DNA of 64,000 nt, taken from assembly GCA_000990005.1 (NCBI GenBank), contig LBPF01000001.1:90315-154314 (forward strand), written 5' to 3'. The notes beneath the pieces were generated by a model that was not told the DNA's origin, made no database searches, and saw only the letters and a list, made by a program, of their open reading frames with translations. Below are positions 8,794 through 18,722 of this stretch, in pieces. The first letter of the stretch is position 1, and each line of letters opens with the position of its first letter. Made by a program: the position numbers and the translations under genes. The stretch is from Candidatus Woesebacteria bacterium GW2011_GWB1_33_38 (lineage in GTDB: Bacteria > Patescibacteriota > Microgenomatia > UBA8517).

Positions 8794-10320
8794 ATGGGAA
8801 AGGTTTATATTTTTGTTTTTGGAATATTAATACTTTTGGGGTTGGCTGATTCTGTTTTTTTAACTTGGGAACATTACACGCTAACTTCAATTGGGTGTCC
8901 TATTAGTCCTTGGATAAATTGCTTGGCAGTAACATCTTCTAAATATTCTGAAATATTAGGTATTCCATTATCTCTTTTGGGCTCAATTTATTATATTGTT
9001 TTGTTTTTTTTACTCTTGAAGAAAGAAACAATGTTTAAACACTTCTTTTTGCTGACATCAAGTTTTGGTGTTTTGTTTTCATTTTATCTAATCTATATCC
9101 AAGTTTTTGCGATTGGACTCTTTTGTTTATATTGCTTAGCTTCCGCCTTAATTTCCTTTTTAATATTTGGTTTAACATGGATCTTTTTCAAAAAAGAGTG
9201 GAGTACCTTGGTTGTAGACTCTCTTGGGTATGGTTATAAATTTATCTTAAAACCAATGTTATTTATGGTTGATGCTGAAGTCGTTCATGAAACCATGGTT
9301 AAAATGGGAGAGAGTTTGCCCAAACTAATACTTAATTTATTTAAAAGAATATTTGTTAAAAAATATAAAAACCTAGAGCAAAAAATATTAGACATTAAAT
9401 TTTTAAGCCCAATTGGCCTTGCAGCAGGATTTGATTATGAAGCAAGATTAACCCAAACACTTCCATTTATTGGTTTTGGCTTTCAAACAGTTGGAACCAT
9501 AACTAATATGAGTTATGGTGGTAATCCAAAACCAAGACTAGGTAGACTTCCGCAAAGCAAATCATTATTGGTTAATAAAGGTTTTAAAAATCTGGGTATT
9601 GAACAAACTTTAAAAAAATTATCAGAAAAAAAACTTATTTATCCTGTTGGCATTTCGATCGGAAGAACAAATTCACCTAAACTAGATACTATTGATAAAT
9701 CGATAACTGATATTTTGTCTGCATTTAAATATGCCAAAAATTTTAATATAAATAATGCCTATTACGAACTAAACATAAGCTGTCCTAATATTATTCATGA
9801 TGCTGGAATAAATTTTTACAAATATAATAATCTAGAAAAACTACTTCTTGAGATGGATAAAATTAAATTAACAAAGCCTATATTTGTAAAAATGCCGATT
9901 GATCAAACTGACGGTTATACATTAAAAATGTTAAATGTGATTTCAAGGCACAATATTAAGGGAGTTATATTTGGAAACTTGCAAACAAACAAGAAAAATA
10001 AAGTTCTAGTCAGTTCTGAAGTTAATAAATTTAAGATGGGTAAGTACTCAGGCAAACCAACTTTTGAAGATTCAAATAGATTAATTAAACTCACTTATAA
10101 AAATTTTAAAGATAGATTTATAATAATTGGCTGTGGAGGAGTGTTTAATGCAGATGATGCCTGGGTCAAGTTTGCAAACGGTGCAAGTTTAGTCCAACTC
10201 ATAACTGGAATGATTTTTGAGGGACCTCAACTTACTGCTCAAATAAATAGGGATCTTTCAGAAAGACTTCAAAAAGAAGGCTATAAAAACATTAGTCAGA
10301 TAGTTGGAAGTGCTATATAA
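8794..10320 (+). CDS. Fusion of a VKOR (disulfide-forming quinone reductase) domain and a dihydroorotate dehydrogenase-like FMN domain
   Basis: N-terminus has C..C.AV..S.YS..GIP.S..G and FCLYC (VKOR). C-terminus has DAEVVHE, PIGLAAGFD, GNPKPRL, ELNISCPN, SGKP, IIGCGGV and ASLVQL. TATAAT at 8782-8787 supports a start at 8794. Confidence 0.85.
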   Translation: MGKVYIFVFGILILLGLADSVFLTWEHYTLTSIGCPISPWINCLAVTSSKYSEILGIPLSLLGSIYYIVLFFLLLKKETMFKHFFLLTSSFGVLFSFYLIYIQVFAIGLFCLYCLASALISFLIFGLTWIFFKKEWSTLVVDSLGYGYKFILKPMLFMVDAEVVHETMVKMGESLPKLILNLFKRIFVKKYKNLEQKILDIKFLSPIGLAAGFDYEARLTQTLPFIGFGFQTVGTITNMSYGGNPKPRLGRLPQSKSLLVNKGFKNLGIEQTLKKLSEKKLIYPVGISIGRTNSPKLDTIDKSITDILSAFKYAKNFNINNAYYELNISCPNIIHDAGINFYKYNNLEKLLLEMDKIKLTKPIFVKMPIDQTDGYTLKMLNVISRHNIKGVIFGNLQTNKKNKVLVSSEVNKFKMGKYSGKPTFEDSNRLIKLTYKNFKDRFIIIGCGGVFNADDAWVKFANGASLVQLITGMIFEGPQLTAQINRDLSERLQKEGYKNISQIVGSAI

Positions 10321-10329
10321 TATCTTCAT

Positions 10330-11307
10330 ATGAAGGTGGCAATGGTTTCGGGGGCAAACAGTGCCTTGGGTGCTATGGGTCTGCATAATAATGAATTGAC
10401 AAAAGCAATTAAGGCTCTAAACAGTAAAAATATTAGGTTTGTAGATAATCCAAAAGATGCTGACTTAACTCATTACGTGGGATTTCATCCGTTTTTTATT
10501 TCACTCCCATTTTTTAAACCTTCAAAAAAAGTTGTTTTAACAATCCATGATTTACATAGATTAATTTATCCAAATCATTTCCCTCCTGGTATAAAAGGAA
10601 GTTTAAAGTTTTTAATAAATAAATTTTTGATATGGAAAAATGTAGACAGGATAATAACAATTTCAGAAACTTCTAAAAAAGACATATCTAGGTTTTTGGG
10701 TGTAAATCCGGATAAAATATTTGTTACTTACTTGGGGATAAAGAAAGCTTTTAAAAAACTTGCAAAAGAAGCTTGGGAGACAGAAATTAGAAAAAGATAT
10801 TCTTTACCAAATGAATATATACTCTTTCAGGGAGATATTTATTATAACAAAAATATTCCTAACCTAGTTAAGGCATGCAAATTGGCAAAGAAGACCTTAG
10901 TGGTTGTAGGAAAACAAGCCAAAGAAATTGAAAATATGGATTTAGATCATCCAGAGTTGGTTCATTTAAAGGGAATCGACTTTTCAAATGTCATAAGACC
11001 AGGATTTGTAGAGGATAATGATTTTAATAAAATATATAATCTAGCATATTGCTATGTACAGCCGTCTTTTTACGAGGGTTTTGGCTTGCCACTTCTTGAA
11101 GCCTACTCCAGCGGCACCCCGCTAGTAGTTTCAAAGGCTCAAACTCTTGTTGAGATTATGGGCCTTGAAATAAAATATATAAATCCAAATAGTCCAGAAG
11201 ATATAGCAATGGGAATTCTTAATCCAAATAAAAATGTAAAATTGCCACGCATATACACGTGGGAAAAGACTGCAAAGGAAACATTAGAAGTGTATGCAAA
11301 AGTCTAG
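10330..11307 (+). CDS. GT4 glycosyltransferase
   Basis: TIHDL, PSFYEGFGLPLLEA and YTWEKTA.ETL.VY. Confidence 0.9.
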   Translation: MKVAMVSGANSALGAMGLHNNELTKAIKALNSKNIRFVDNPKDADLTHYVGFHPFFISLPFFKPSKKVVLTIHDLHRLIYPNHFPPGIKGSLKFLINKFLIWKNVDRIITISETSKKDISRFLGVNPDKIFVTYLGIKKAFKKLAKEAWETEIRKRYSLPNEYILFQGDIYYNKNIPNLVKACKLAKKTLVVVGKQAKEIENMDLDHPELVHLKGIDFSNVIRPGFVEDNDFNKIYNLAYCYVQPSFYEGFGLPLLEAYSSGTPLVVSKAQTLVEIMGLEIKYINPNSPEDIAMGILNPNKNVKLPRIYTWEKTAKETLEVYAKV

Positions 11308-12331
11308 TATTTTATTTATACTCAAAAGCTTTTTTGTTTGGAGAGTTACTACTTTATTAATTGCTTATCTAGCAATTCTATTTGTCCCGAGATTAAGTGA
11401 TAACTTTTTGGGGGGGATGATATCTGACTATAACAGTAATCCTTTTCTCTGGTCTTGGGCCAATTTTGACGGAGAACATTATTTGTCAATTGCAGTAAAT
11501 GGTTATAAAGATTTACAGCAAGCCTTTTTTCCGCTTTATCCATTATTGATTCGTTTTTTTGGTGGCTCAATTGTTTCTGCCTTACTAATTTCCAACTTAA
11601 GTCTCCTAATTTCTCTTGTTGGTTTATACAAACTAATTGAGTTAGATTATGATCAAAAGGTTGCAAGATTATCCATAATATTACTTTTAATGTTTCCATC
11701 ATCTTTCTTTTTTGGCGCAGTATACACAGAAAGTTTATTTTTAGCTCTAGTTGTCTGGGGTTTTTACTTTTTCAGGAAAAGGAAATTTTTATTAGGAGTA
11801 GTACTTGGTAGTTTATCTTCATTAACTCGTATTATTGGAATTATTCCGATTGGTGTTTTTGGATACATGGGCTATTCAAAATATAAATGGGGAGATGCTT
11901 TAGCGCTTTTTCATAATCAGATAAACTTTGGAGAACAGAGAAGTGATCATCTAATTATGTTACCTCAAGTTTTTTACCGATATTTTGTCAAAATACTACC
12001 TAGTTTATCGTGGAATTACTTTCCAATTGTGTTTACTACACTTCTTGAAATTGTGGTAGCCATAGCATTTTTATTAGTTATTATTTATTCATTTAAAAAG
12101 ATTAGACTTGAGTATTGGTTATTTTTAACAATTGGTTATTTAATACCAACGCTTACAGGTAGTTTTTCTTCTATGTTAAGATACGTAATTGTTCTGTTTC
12201 CAGCTTTTATATATTTGGCAACAAATATTGTTAAATTTAAGAAACAGGCACAAATATTCATTTTTACTACAATGCTTATCTTGCTTGTAATAACTGAAGC
12301 ATTATTTATGAGGGGGTATTTTGTCTCATGA
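11294..12331 (+). CDS. GT-C mannosyltransferase, PIG-V/GT76-like
   Basis: WANFDGEHYLSIA.NGY, AFFPLYP, YTESLFL and SMLRY. Confidence 0.8.
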   Translation: MQKSSILFILKSFFVWRVTTLLIAYLAILFVPRLSDNFLGGMISDYNSNPFLWSWANFDGEHYLSIAVNGYKDLQQAFFPLYPLLIRFFGGSIVSALLISNLSLLISLVGLYKLIELDYDQKVARLSIILLLMFPSSFFFGAVYTESLFLALVVWGFYFFRKRKFLLGVVLGSLSSLTRIIGIIPIGVFGYMGYSKYKWGDALALFHNQINFGEQRSDHLIMLPQVFYRYFVKILPSLSWNYFPIVFTTLLEIVVAIAFLLVIIYSFKKIRLEYWLFLTIGYLIPTLTGSFSSMLRYVIVLFPAFIYLATNIVKFKKQAQIFIFTTMLILLVITEALFMRGYFVS

Positions 12332-13545
12332 TTATCGCAATTATTGGTGCTGGGTTTACAGGTTTGACACTTGCATATCGTTTATCTCAAAAAGGACATC
12401 AGATTACTTTAATTGAATCAGAAAATAAAGCAGGTGGTCTTGCAGTTGGGTTTTCAAAAAAAGTGTGGAAATGGACTTTGGAAAAACACTACCATCATTG
12501 GTTTACCAACGATTATTCAATTTTAAATTTGGCCAAAGAGATTGGTCACAAGGTTGTTACAGTTAGGCCAAAAACGTCCACTTTTATTAAAGGTGAGATT
12601 TATCAAATTGATTCACCCTTTGCACTTTTGATTTTTTCTAAATTAAGTATCATTGATAGGCTTAGAACAGGAATTATATTATTTTCTTTAAAAATAAGTC
12701 CATTCCTTAAGCTTTATGAGAAAGTTACATCAGAAAAGTTTATACGTTTTTTTATGGGTGAGAAGTCTTGGAATGTTTTATGGAAACCTCTTTTTACAAA
12801 AAAATTTGGTGTAGATTACAAAAAAATATTGTTGTCTTGGTTTTGGGCAAGAATCAAAAAGAGAACACCATCACTATGTTATCCTGCCGGTGGATTTCAA
12901 AAGTTTGCAGATAGAATCGTGAATAAATTAAAACAAAAAAAAGTAATAATTTACTACAACGAACTATTCCAGAAATTTAAGAAAAAGAGTGGTAAATTTG
13001 TCCTTTTTACAAACAAAAGACAGCTAATAGTAGATAAAATTATAAATACAATTCCTCTTAAAGAAACAGGTATCAAAATGATCGGTGCAATTAATTTAGT
13101 TTTAGAACTCAAAGAACCATTTTTAAAAGACAATACTTATTGGCTTAATATTAATGATGCCAATTCCCCCTTTTTAGCCGTTGTAGAACATACTAATTTT
13201 ATGGATAAAAGGAATTATAACAATCGACATGTTGTTTATGTTGGGAACTATCTTGATAAAAGTTCTAACTTATACAGCAAAAATATTGAGGAAATCTTAG
13301 ATATATATTTACCGTATTTAAATAAAATTAATCCTGATTTTAAAAAGAATGTGATTGTAAATAAATATTTATTCAAGGCTCCTTTTGCACAACCCATTGT
13401 GTCTAATGGATATTCTAAAAAGATTCCACCTTTTGTGTCAGAAATAGCCGGTGTTTATAATGCAAATATACAACAAGTTTATCCTTGGGATAGAGGTACG
13501 AATTATGCAGTAGAAATAGGAAACAAAGTTGCAAAATTAATATGA
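12328..13545 (+). CDS. FAD-dependent oxidoreductase (HemY/amine oxidase-like), glycan-locus associated
   Basis: IIGAGFTGL dinucleotide-binding motif, LEKHYHH and YPWDRGTNYAV. Confidence 0.8.
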   Translation: MIIAIIGAGFTGLTLAYRLSQKGHQITLIESENKAGGLAVGFSKKVWKWTLEKHYHHWFTNDYSILNLAKEIGHKVVTVRPKTSTFIKGEIYQIDSPFALLIFSKLSIIDRLRTGIILFSLKISPFLKLYEKVTSEKFIRFFMGEKSWNVLWKPLFTKKFGVDYKKILLSWFWARIKKRTPSLCYPAGGFQKFADRIVNKLKQKKVIIYYNELFQKFKKKSGKFVLFTNKRQLIVDKIINTIPLKETGIKMIGAINLVLELKEPFLKDNTYWLNINDANSPFLAVVEHTNFMDKRNYNNRHVVYVGNYLDKSSNLYSKNIEEILDIYLPYLNKINPDFKKNVIVNKYLFKAPFAQPIVSNGYSKKIPPFVSEIAGVYNANIQQVYPWDRGTNYAVEIGNKVAKLI

Positions 13546-14960
13546 AGTTTTCAAAAACAATTTTAATAATTTATTTTATAACACTTTTTGTTAGGCTTTG
13601 GAATTTTCCTAATCACCCGATTTATTCAGACGAAATTACTTGGATGACAAGAAGTAAGGAGTTAATTTATGCTTTGTCTAAATGGAATACTGAGTTTTTG
13701 AAAACTGCATGGTGGACTTATCAAGGAGAAACTCCCGCTATTGGTTTACCTCTTTCGATCGTGAGTGGGATCTCTCAAATTGTCTTCGCCGGACAAAGTA
13801 AATACAGTTTAAATATATTTTCAGATATAGTTGCCGCTAGGCTTCCAATTATCTTTCTAACTTCACTAATTTCTGTTTTTGTGTACAAAATTGGTTTATA
13901 TTTGAATAAAAAAATCGCTTTGTTGGCTGGTTTTTTGTACGCTTTAAATCCTGTTTTAATTGGTATTGAAAAATGGGCAATTAATGACGGTTTACTAACG
14001 CTTTTTTCAATCACTGCAATATATTATTTTATTAAGGCAAGTTTAGATAAAAAAATAAATCTAATACCTGCGATATTTTTATCATTAGCCTTTTTAACTA
14101 AACCGCTAGGTCTTTTAGTTATAATTCCTTGGTTTTTTATCGTAAAACCGGGTAAGTTATTTTTTTATAACTTACTTTTCTTTTTTGTAATGATTCAGGT
14201 TTTTTGGCCTCTCTCTTGGTTTTTGCCGTTTATTTCCATTTTTGATTATTTATATAGAGTTTATTTTTTTGTACAAGGAAACTACTTAGAGAACTTTTAT
14301 TTTGGAGTTTCATCCACCAATCCCCATTGGAGTTACTATTTATTCCAAATTTTTGCCAGATTAACAGAAATTACAATTATTGGTTTACTAATTGGACTAT
14401 TTAATCTAAACAAAAAATATCTCCCATTTTTGATATATACTTTAATTTATCTTGCCGTAATAAGTTTCTCATCTCAAAAAATCGATATTCGATACGCATT
14501 ACCAACGATACCTGTTTTAGTAATTATTTCTAGTGAGGGAATAACTAAATTAATCAAAAAATTACCCAATATTAAACTAATTATTTTTGCACTCATAATT
14601 ATTCCGCTAATTTGGTTAAAAAGTACCCATATTTATTTTAATAATTTCGTAGGAGGTGCAAAAGGGGCACAAAAATATGTTTTGGTCGGATGGTGCACCA
14701 GCGAAAGAGAGGCTCTCAACTATTTAAATAGTATTAAAGCAATTGGCAGTGTTTATATTGCTGGATGTCCATCGGTTACTCCATATTATTCCCCGTTACC
14801 ATTAACTTACGATTTTAGAAAATCTGACTATATTATTTTAGAAACCTATTATTTGAATCAACATCCTAAATCTGATCTCTTGACATATTTAAAAGATAAA
14901 AAAGAGATCAAGGCAATAATTGAAAAAGGTGCTACAATTTCACTAATATTTAAGAACTAA
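13542..14960 (+). CDS. GT-C fold membrane glycosyltransferase
   Basis: IYSDEITW loop after TM1, AARLP, LAFLTK and DIRYALP; multi-TM. Confidence 0.8.
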   Translation: MKFSKTILIIYFITLFVRLWNFPNHPIYSDEITWMTRSKELIYALSKWNTEFLKTAWWTYQGETPAIGLPLSIVSGISQIVFAGQSKYSLNIFSDIVAARLPIIFLTSLISVFVYKIGLYLNKKIALLAGFLYALNPVLIGIEKWAINDGLLTLFSITAIYYFIKASLDKKINLIPAIFLSLAFLTKPLGLLVIIPWFFIVKPGKLFFYNLLFFFVMIQVFWPLSWFLPFISIFDYLYRVYFFVQGNYLENFYFGVSSTNPHWSYYLFQIFARLTEITIIGLLIGLFNLNKKYLPFLIYTLIYLAVISFSSQKIDIRYALPTIPVLVIISSEGITKLIKKLPNIKLIIFALIIIPLIWLKSTHIYFNNFVGGAKGAQKYVLVGWCTSEREALNYLNSIKAIGSVYIAGCPSVTPYYSPLPLTYDFRKSDYIILETYYLNQHPKSDLLTYLKDKKEIKAIIEKGATISLIFKN

Positions 14961-14961
14961 T

Positions 14962-15921
14962 ATGAGAATATTAATAACAGGAGGAGCAGGATTCATTGGA
15001 TCACATTTAGTTAAAAGACTTCTTTTAGAGAACCACAAAATAGTGGTGATTGATAATTTTGACCCTTTTTACTCAATTGAAGATAAAAAGGAAAATATTA
15101 AAGTTTTTAAAAGAGATAAAAACTTCAAGTTATTTAATGTTGATATTACAGACAGAAAAAAGATTGCAAACATATTTTTGAAACATAAATTTGATCAAGT
15201 TATACATTTAGCTGCTAAAGCAGGAGTTAGGCCTTCAATTGAAGATCCTGTGGCTTACTTTAAAACCAATATTGAAGGCACGTTAACACTTTTAGAAGCC
15301 TGCAAAGATATTAAGTTAAAAAACTTTATATTTATTTCTTCCTCATCAGTTTACGGTGAAAGACCGAAAGTTCCGTTTTCCGAAGATGATAAGGCAGAAA
15401 ATCCAATTTCTCCCTATGGGTTAACAAAACTCTCAGGTGAAAAACTTTTAAAAATTTATAGCAACCTCTATTCGATTCCTTCAACCGCTATAAGGTTGTT
15501 TACCGTTTATGGACCAAGACAGAGACCTGATCTTGCAATAAGAAAGTTTATAGATAAAATTTATAACGCTAATGAAATTGAAATGTTTGGGGATGGCTCG
15601 ACTATGAGAGACTACACTTATGTCGACGACATTGTCGATGGCATTGTTAAGTGTGTATATCAGCCGTTTAAGTTTGAAGTAATTAATCTAGGTAATTCAA
15701 GCCCCATAAAACTTAGCGAGTTAATTAAAATAATCGAAAAAAGCTTGAGTAAAAAGGCAATAATTATTAAAAAACCAAATCAAATTGGAGATGTCTCTAG
15801 GACCTACGCAAATATCAGAAAAGCTAAAAAACTTCTTAATTGGAAACCGAATTTTAAGTTTGAAAAAGGTATATCTATGATGATAAAATGGTACCTAATA
15901 AAATATGCAAAAAAAGATTGA
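14962..15921 (+). CDS. NDP-sugar epimerase (UDP-glucuronate 4-epimerase-like)
   Basis: TGGAGFIG, HLAAKAGVRPS, SSSSVYG, YGLTK and FTVYGPRQRPDLA. Confidence 0.85.
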   Translation: MRILITGGAGFIGSHLVKRLLLENHKIVVIDNFDPFYSIEDKKENIKVFKRDKNFKLFNVDITDRKKIANIFLKHKFDQVIHLAAKAGVRPSIEDPVAYFKTNIEGTLTLLEACKDIKLKNFIFISSSSVYGERPKVPFSEDDKAENPISPYGLTKLSGEKLLKIYSNLYSIPSTAIRLFTVYGPRQRPDLAIRKFIDKIYNANEIEMFGDGSTMRDYTYVDDIVDGIVKCVYQPFKFEVINLGNSSPIKLSELIKIIEKSLSKKAIIIKKPNQIGDVSRTYANIRKAKKLLNWKPNFKFEKGISMMIKWYLIKYAKKD

Positions 15922-16855
15922 CTTGTCTCTAGTTATTCCTGCCTACAATGAGGAGAAGAATCTTTCAATTTTACATCATCAAATTAATGAGGTGGTTTCT
16001 GAACTAAATTTAAGTTATGAAATAATTTTCGTGGATGATTGTTCGATTGACAACACCCTGAACGAATTGAAAAAAATTGCCAACAAAGACCAACGAGTAG
16101 TAATTATTGCTTTAAGACGTAGGTACGGACAAACCACTGCTATGTCAGCTGGTTTTGATAACGCTCGTGGTGAGGTCACTATTCCAATGGATGCAGATTT
16201 ACAGAACGACCCTAGAGATATCTCTAAATTACTTGACAAATTAAATGAGGGTTACGATGTTGTTTCAGGTTGGCGAAAGAATAGAAAAGAACCATTTTTG
16301 ACGAGAAGATTGCCTTCTATGATTGCAAATAAGTTAATATCGGTTATTACTGGAGTTGATTTACACGATACGGGATGTACATTAAAAGCATATAGATCTG
16401 AAATATTAGAAGAGACTAAACTTTATGGTGAGATGCATCGTTTTATTCCTGCCATAGCTCATATTGCAGGTGCAAAAATTGCAGAAGTAATAGTAAGACA
16501 CCATCCAAGAAAGTATGGAAAAGCAAAATATGGTATTAACAGAACGTTAAGGGTAATACTCGATGCTTTAACTGTTAAATTTTTACTTTCTTTTCAAACA
16601 AGACCAATGCATTTTTTTGGAAAACTTGGGGTTTTTGTGGGTGGGGTTGGAGCTTTACTCTTGACTTATCTGGTCTATCAAAGATTTTTTCTTGCACTTC
16701 CACTTTCATCGAGACCATCGTTCTTAGTTGCCATTTTTTGTATGCTTGTTGGGCTACAGCTTGTTATGACAGGACTTCTGGCTGAAATGCTGACGAGAAT
16801 ATACTTCGAGACCCAAAACAAAAAAACCTATATCATTAAAGAGAAAGTAAATTAA
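15905..16855 (+). CDS. Polyprenyl-phosphate glycosyltransferase (GT2, ArnC/GtrB-like)
   Basis: IPAYNEE, MDADLQNDP, VVSGWR and LYGEMHRFIP; two C-terminal TM helices. Confidence 0.9.
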   Translation: MQKKIDLSLVIPAYNEEKNLSILHHQINEVVSELNLSYEIIFVDDCSIDNTLNELKKIANKDQRVVIIALRRRYGQTTAMSAGFDNARGEVTIPMDADLQNDPRDISKLLDKLNEGYDVVSGWRKNRKEPFLTRRLPSMIANKLISVITGVDLHDTGCTLKAYRSEILEETKLYGEMHRFIPAIAHIAGAKIAEVIVRHHPRKYGKAKYGINRTLRVILDALTVKFLLSFQTRPMHFFGKLGVFVGGVGALLLTYLVYQRFFLALPLSSRPSFLVAIFCMLVGLQLVMTGLLAEMLTRIYFETQNKKTYIIKEKVN

Positions 16856-16863
16856 ATTCACTT

Positions 16864-18000
16864 ATGAAAATACTTTTTGTTGATTTTGAGTATCCACCAT
16901 TGGGTGGTGGGGGTGGCATTGGCAATAAAGCATTGGTCGATGAATTATCAAAAAAACATCAAATTGATGTATTGACCTCTCACTACAAAGGACTTCCTAT
17001 GTTGGAAAAGAAGGGAAATGTGTGTATCTACAGAGCTCCAATATTATTAAGAAAATCGATTGAAACGTCAACTTTAGTTTCATTATTTACTTATTGTATT
17101 TCAGCGGCCTTTATTGGTTTAAAACAAATCCGTAATAAAAACTATGATGTAATACACTCTTTTTTTGCAGTACCTTCGGGGTTAGTAGGAATTTTGCTGT
17201 CAAAAATATCCAAAGTTCCTCATGTACTGACTATTCTGGGAGGAGATATTCACGATCCTACGAAGATATTGTCACCCAGTAGAAACTTTTTCACAAAAAG
17301 TGCTGTTAAGTACGTTCTTAATAATTCAGATTATGTTGCTGCTATATCGACTGATGTTGCAGAAAGAGCTAGGAAATTTTATAAATTAAATAGAGATTCC
17401 GATATTAAGATAATTTCATTCTCTTTAAAAAAACCCGATTTCGTTTTACCTAAAGTTAGGAAGTATGCTAGTTTTACAATAACGACAATTGCAAGATTGG
17501 TTAGACGAAAAAGAATAGCGGATCTTATTCGAGCTATCAAAAAAATAGATACTGTCAGGTTAAAAATAATTGGGGATGGACCACTTCGTCTCGAATTAGA
17601 AAATTTGGCAAGGGAAAATGGTGTTAGTAATAGGGTGGATTTTGTGGGATTTGTCAACGAGAAGACAAAATATAAAATTCTAAAAGCTTCACATTGTTTT
17701 GCTTTAATTTCTTCCCATGAAGGATTTGGGATTGTATATCTCGAGGCTATGTATTGTAGTCTACCTGTTATCGCTGGGAATATTGGTGGACATAATGATT
17801 TTTTGGTTAATAAAGAAACAGGATTCATCATAAAAGTAGGAGATGTTAACGAAATAGCGAAAAGTATAGAACTTCTGAAAAACCACCAAATTAAACGGAG
17901 CGTTATGGGAGTACACAACAAAAAGATAGTAGGAAAATATTATATAGAAAAAATTGCCAAACAGTACGAAAATGTTTATCAAATTTTTTCTAAAAAATGA
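16864..18000 (+). CDS. GT4 glycosyltransferase
   Basis: EYPPLGGGGG and EGFGIVYLEAM. Confidence 0.9.
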   Translation: MKILFVDFEYPPLGGGGGIGNKALVDELSKKHQIDVLTSHYKGLPMLEKKGNVCIYRAPILLRKSIETSTLVSLFTYCISAAFIGLKQIRNKNYDVIHSFFAVPSGLVGILLSKISKVPHVLTILGGDIHDPTKILSPSRNFFTKSAVKYVLNNSDYVAAISTDVAERARKFYKLNRDSDIKIISFSLKKPDFVLPKVRKYASFTITTIARLVRRKRIADLIRAIKKIDTVRLKIIGDGPLRLELENLARENGVSNRVDFVGFVNEKTKYKILKASHCFALISSHEGFGIVYLEAMYCSLPVIAGNIGGHNDFLVNKETGFIIKVGDVNEIAKSIELLKNHQIKRSVMGVHNKKIVGKYYIEKIAKQYENVYQIFSKK

Positions 18001-18722
18001 ATACTTTTTCTGAGAAACAACGTCAATTTTACAACTCTTCGGCCAAAAAATATGATAATAGAAGTTTTGGTGTTTATCAACGTGCCAATAGAAATCACTA
18101 TAAAAAAATTGAAAAAATTCTTTCAATCGTTAAGAAATATATACCAAAAAAAATTTTGGAAGTTGGGACTGGTACAGGAATTCATGCCCAATGGCTACTT
18201 AAAAAAACAAAAGGAAAAATTTCTTATTGGGGGATTGATATATCGGAAGAAATGTTAAAAGCTTCAAAAGAAAGAATAAAAAATATACCAATTTTAACAA
18301 AACCTGTTTTTAAATGTGTCGATGCAAATAAATTACCTTTCAAGAATAATTTTTTTGATATGGTTTTTTGTTCCGGGACTCTCCATCATATGGACCAACC
18401 TAGACAAGTTGTAAAAGAAATGGCTAGGGTCCTCAAAACTGGTGGTAAAATGGTGATTATTGAACCAAATAGAAATTTTCCGCTTAATTTTATTGCGGGA
18501 ATAATTGATCCTATTGAGAGAAACATACTAAAATTTTCCCGAAATAATTTTAAAATCTGGGCAGATGGATTAATTAAAATAAATAAACTGGAAAATTTTA
18601 ATTATACGCCTCCAGCCCCGAAATTATTTTTCAGATTTTATGATTTTATTGATAATTTATTTAAGACTATTCCGTTAATTAAAGATTTTTCAATTATGAT
18701 TTATATGGAGGGCACAAAATGA
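17997..18722 (+). CDS. Class I SAM-dependent methyltransferase
   Basis: ILEVGTGTG, GIDIS.EML, LPF..FD and RVLKTGG. Confidence 0.9.
   Translation: MNTFSEKQRQFYNSSAKKYDNRSFGVYQRANRNHYKKIEKILSIVKKYIPKKILEVGTGTGIHAQWLLKKTKGKISYWGIDISEEMLKASKERIKNIPILTKPVFKCVDANKLPFKNNFFDMVFCSGTLHHMDQPRQVVKEMARVLKTGGKMVIIEPNRNFPLNFIAGIIDPIERNILKFSRNNFKIWADGLIKINKLENFNYTPPAPKLFFRFYDFIDNLFKTIPLIKDFSIMIYMEGTK

Noticed and set aside
12328..13545. Annotation as protoporphyrinogen oxidase (hemY)
   Set aside because: Only the general FAD fold is evident; the context is glycan biosynthesis and no hem genes are nearby.
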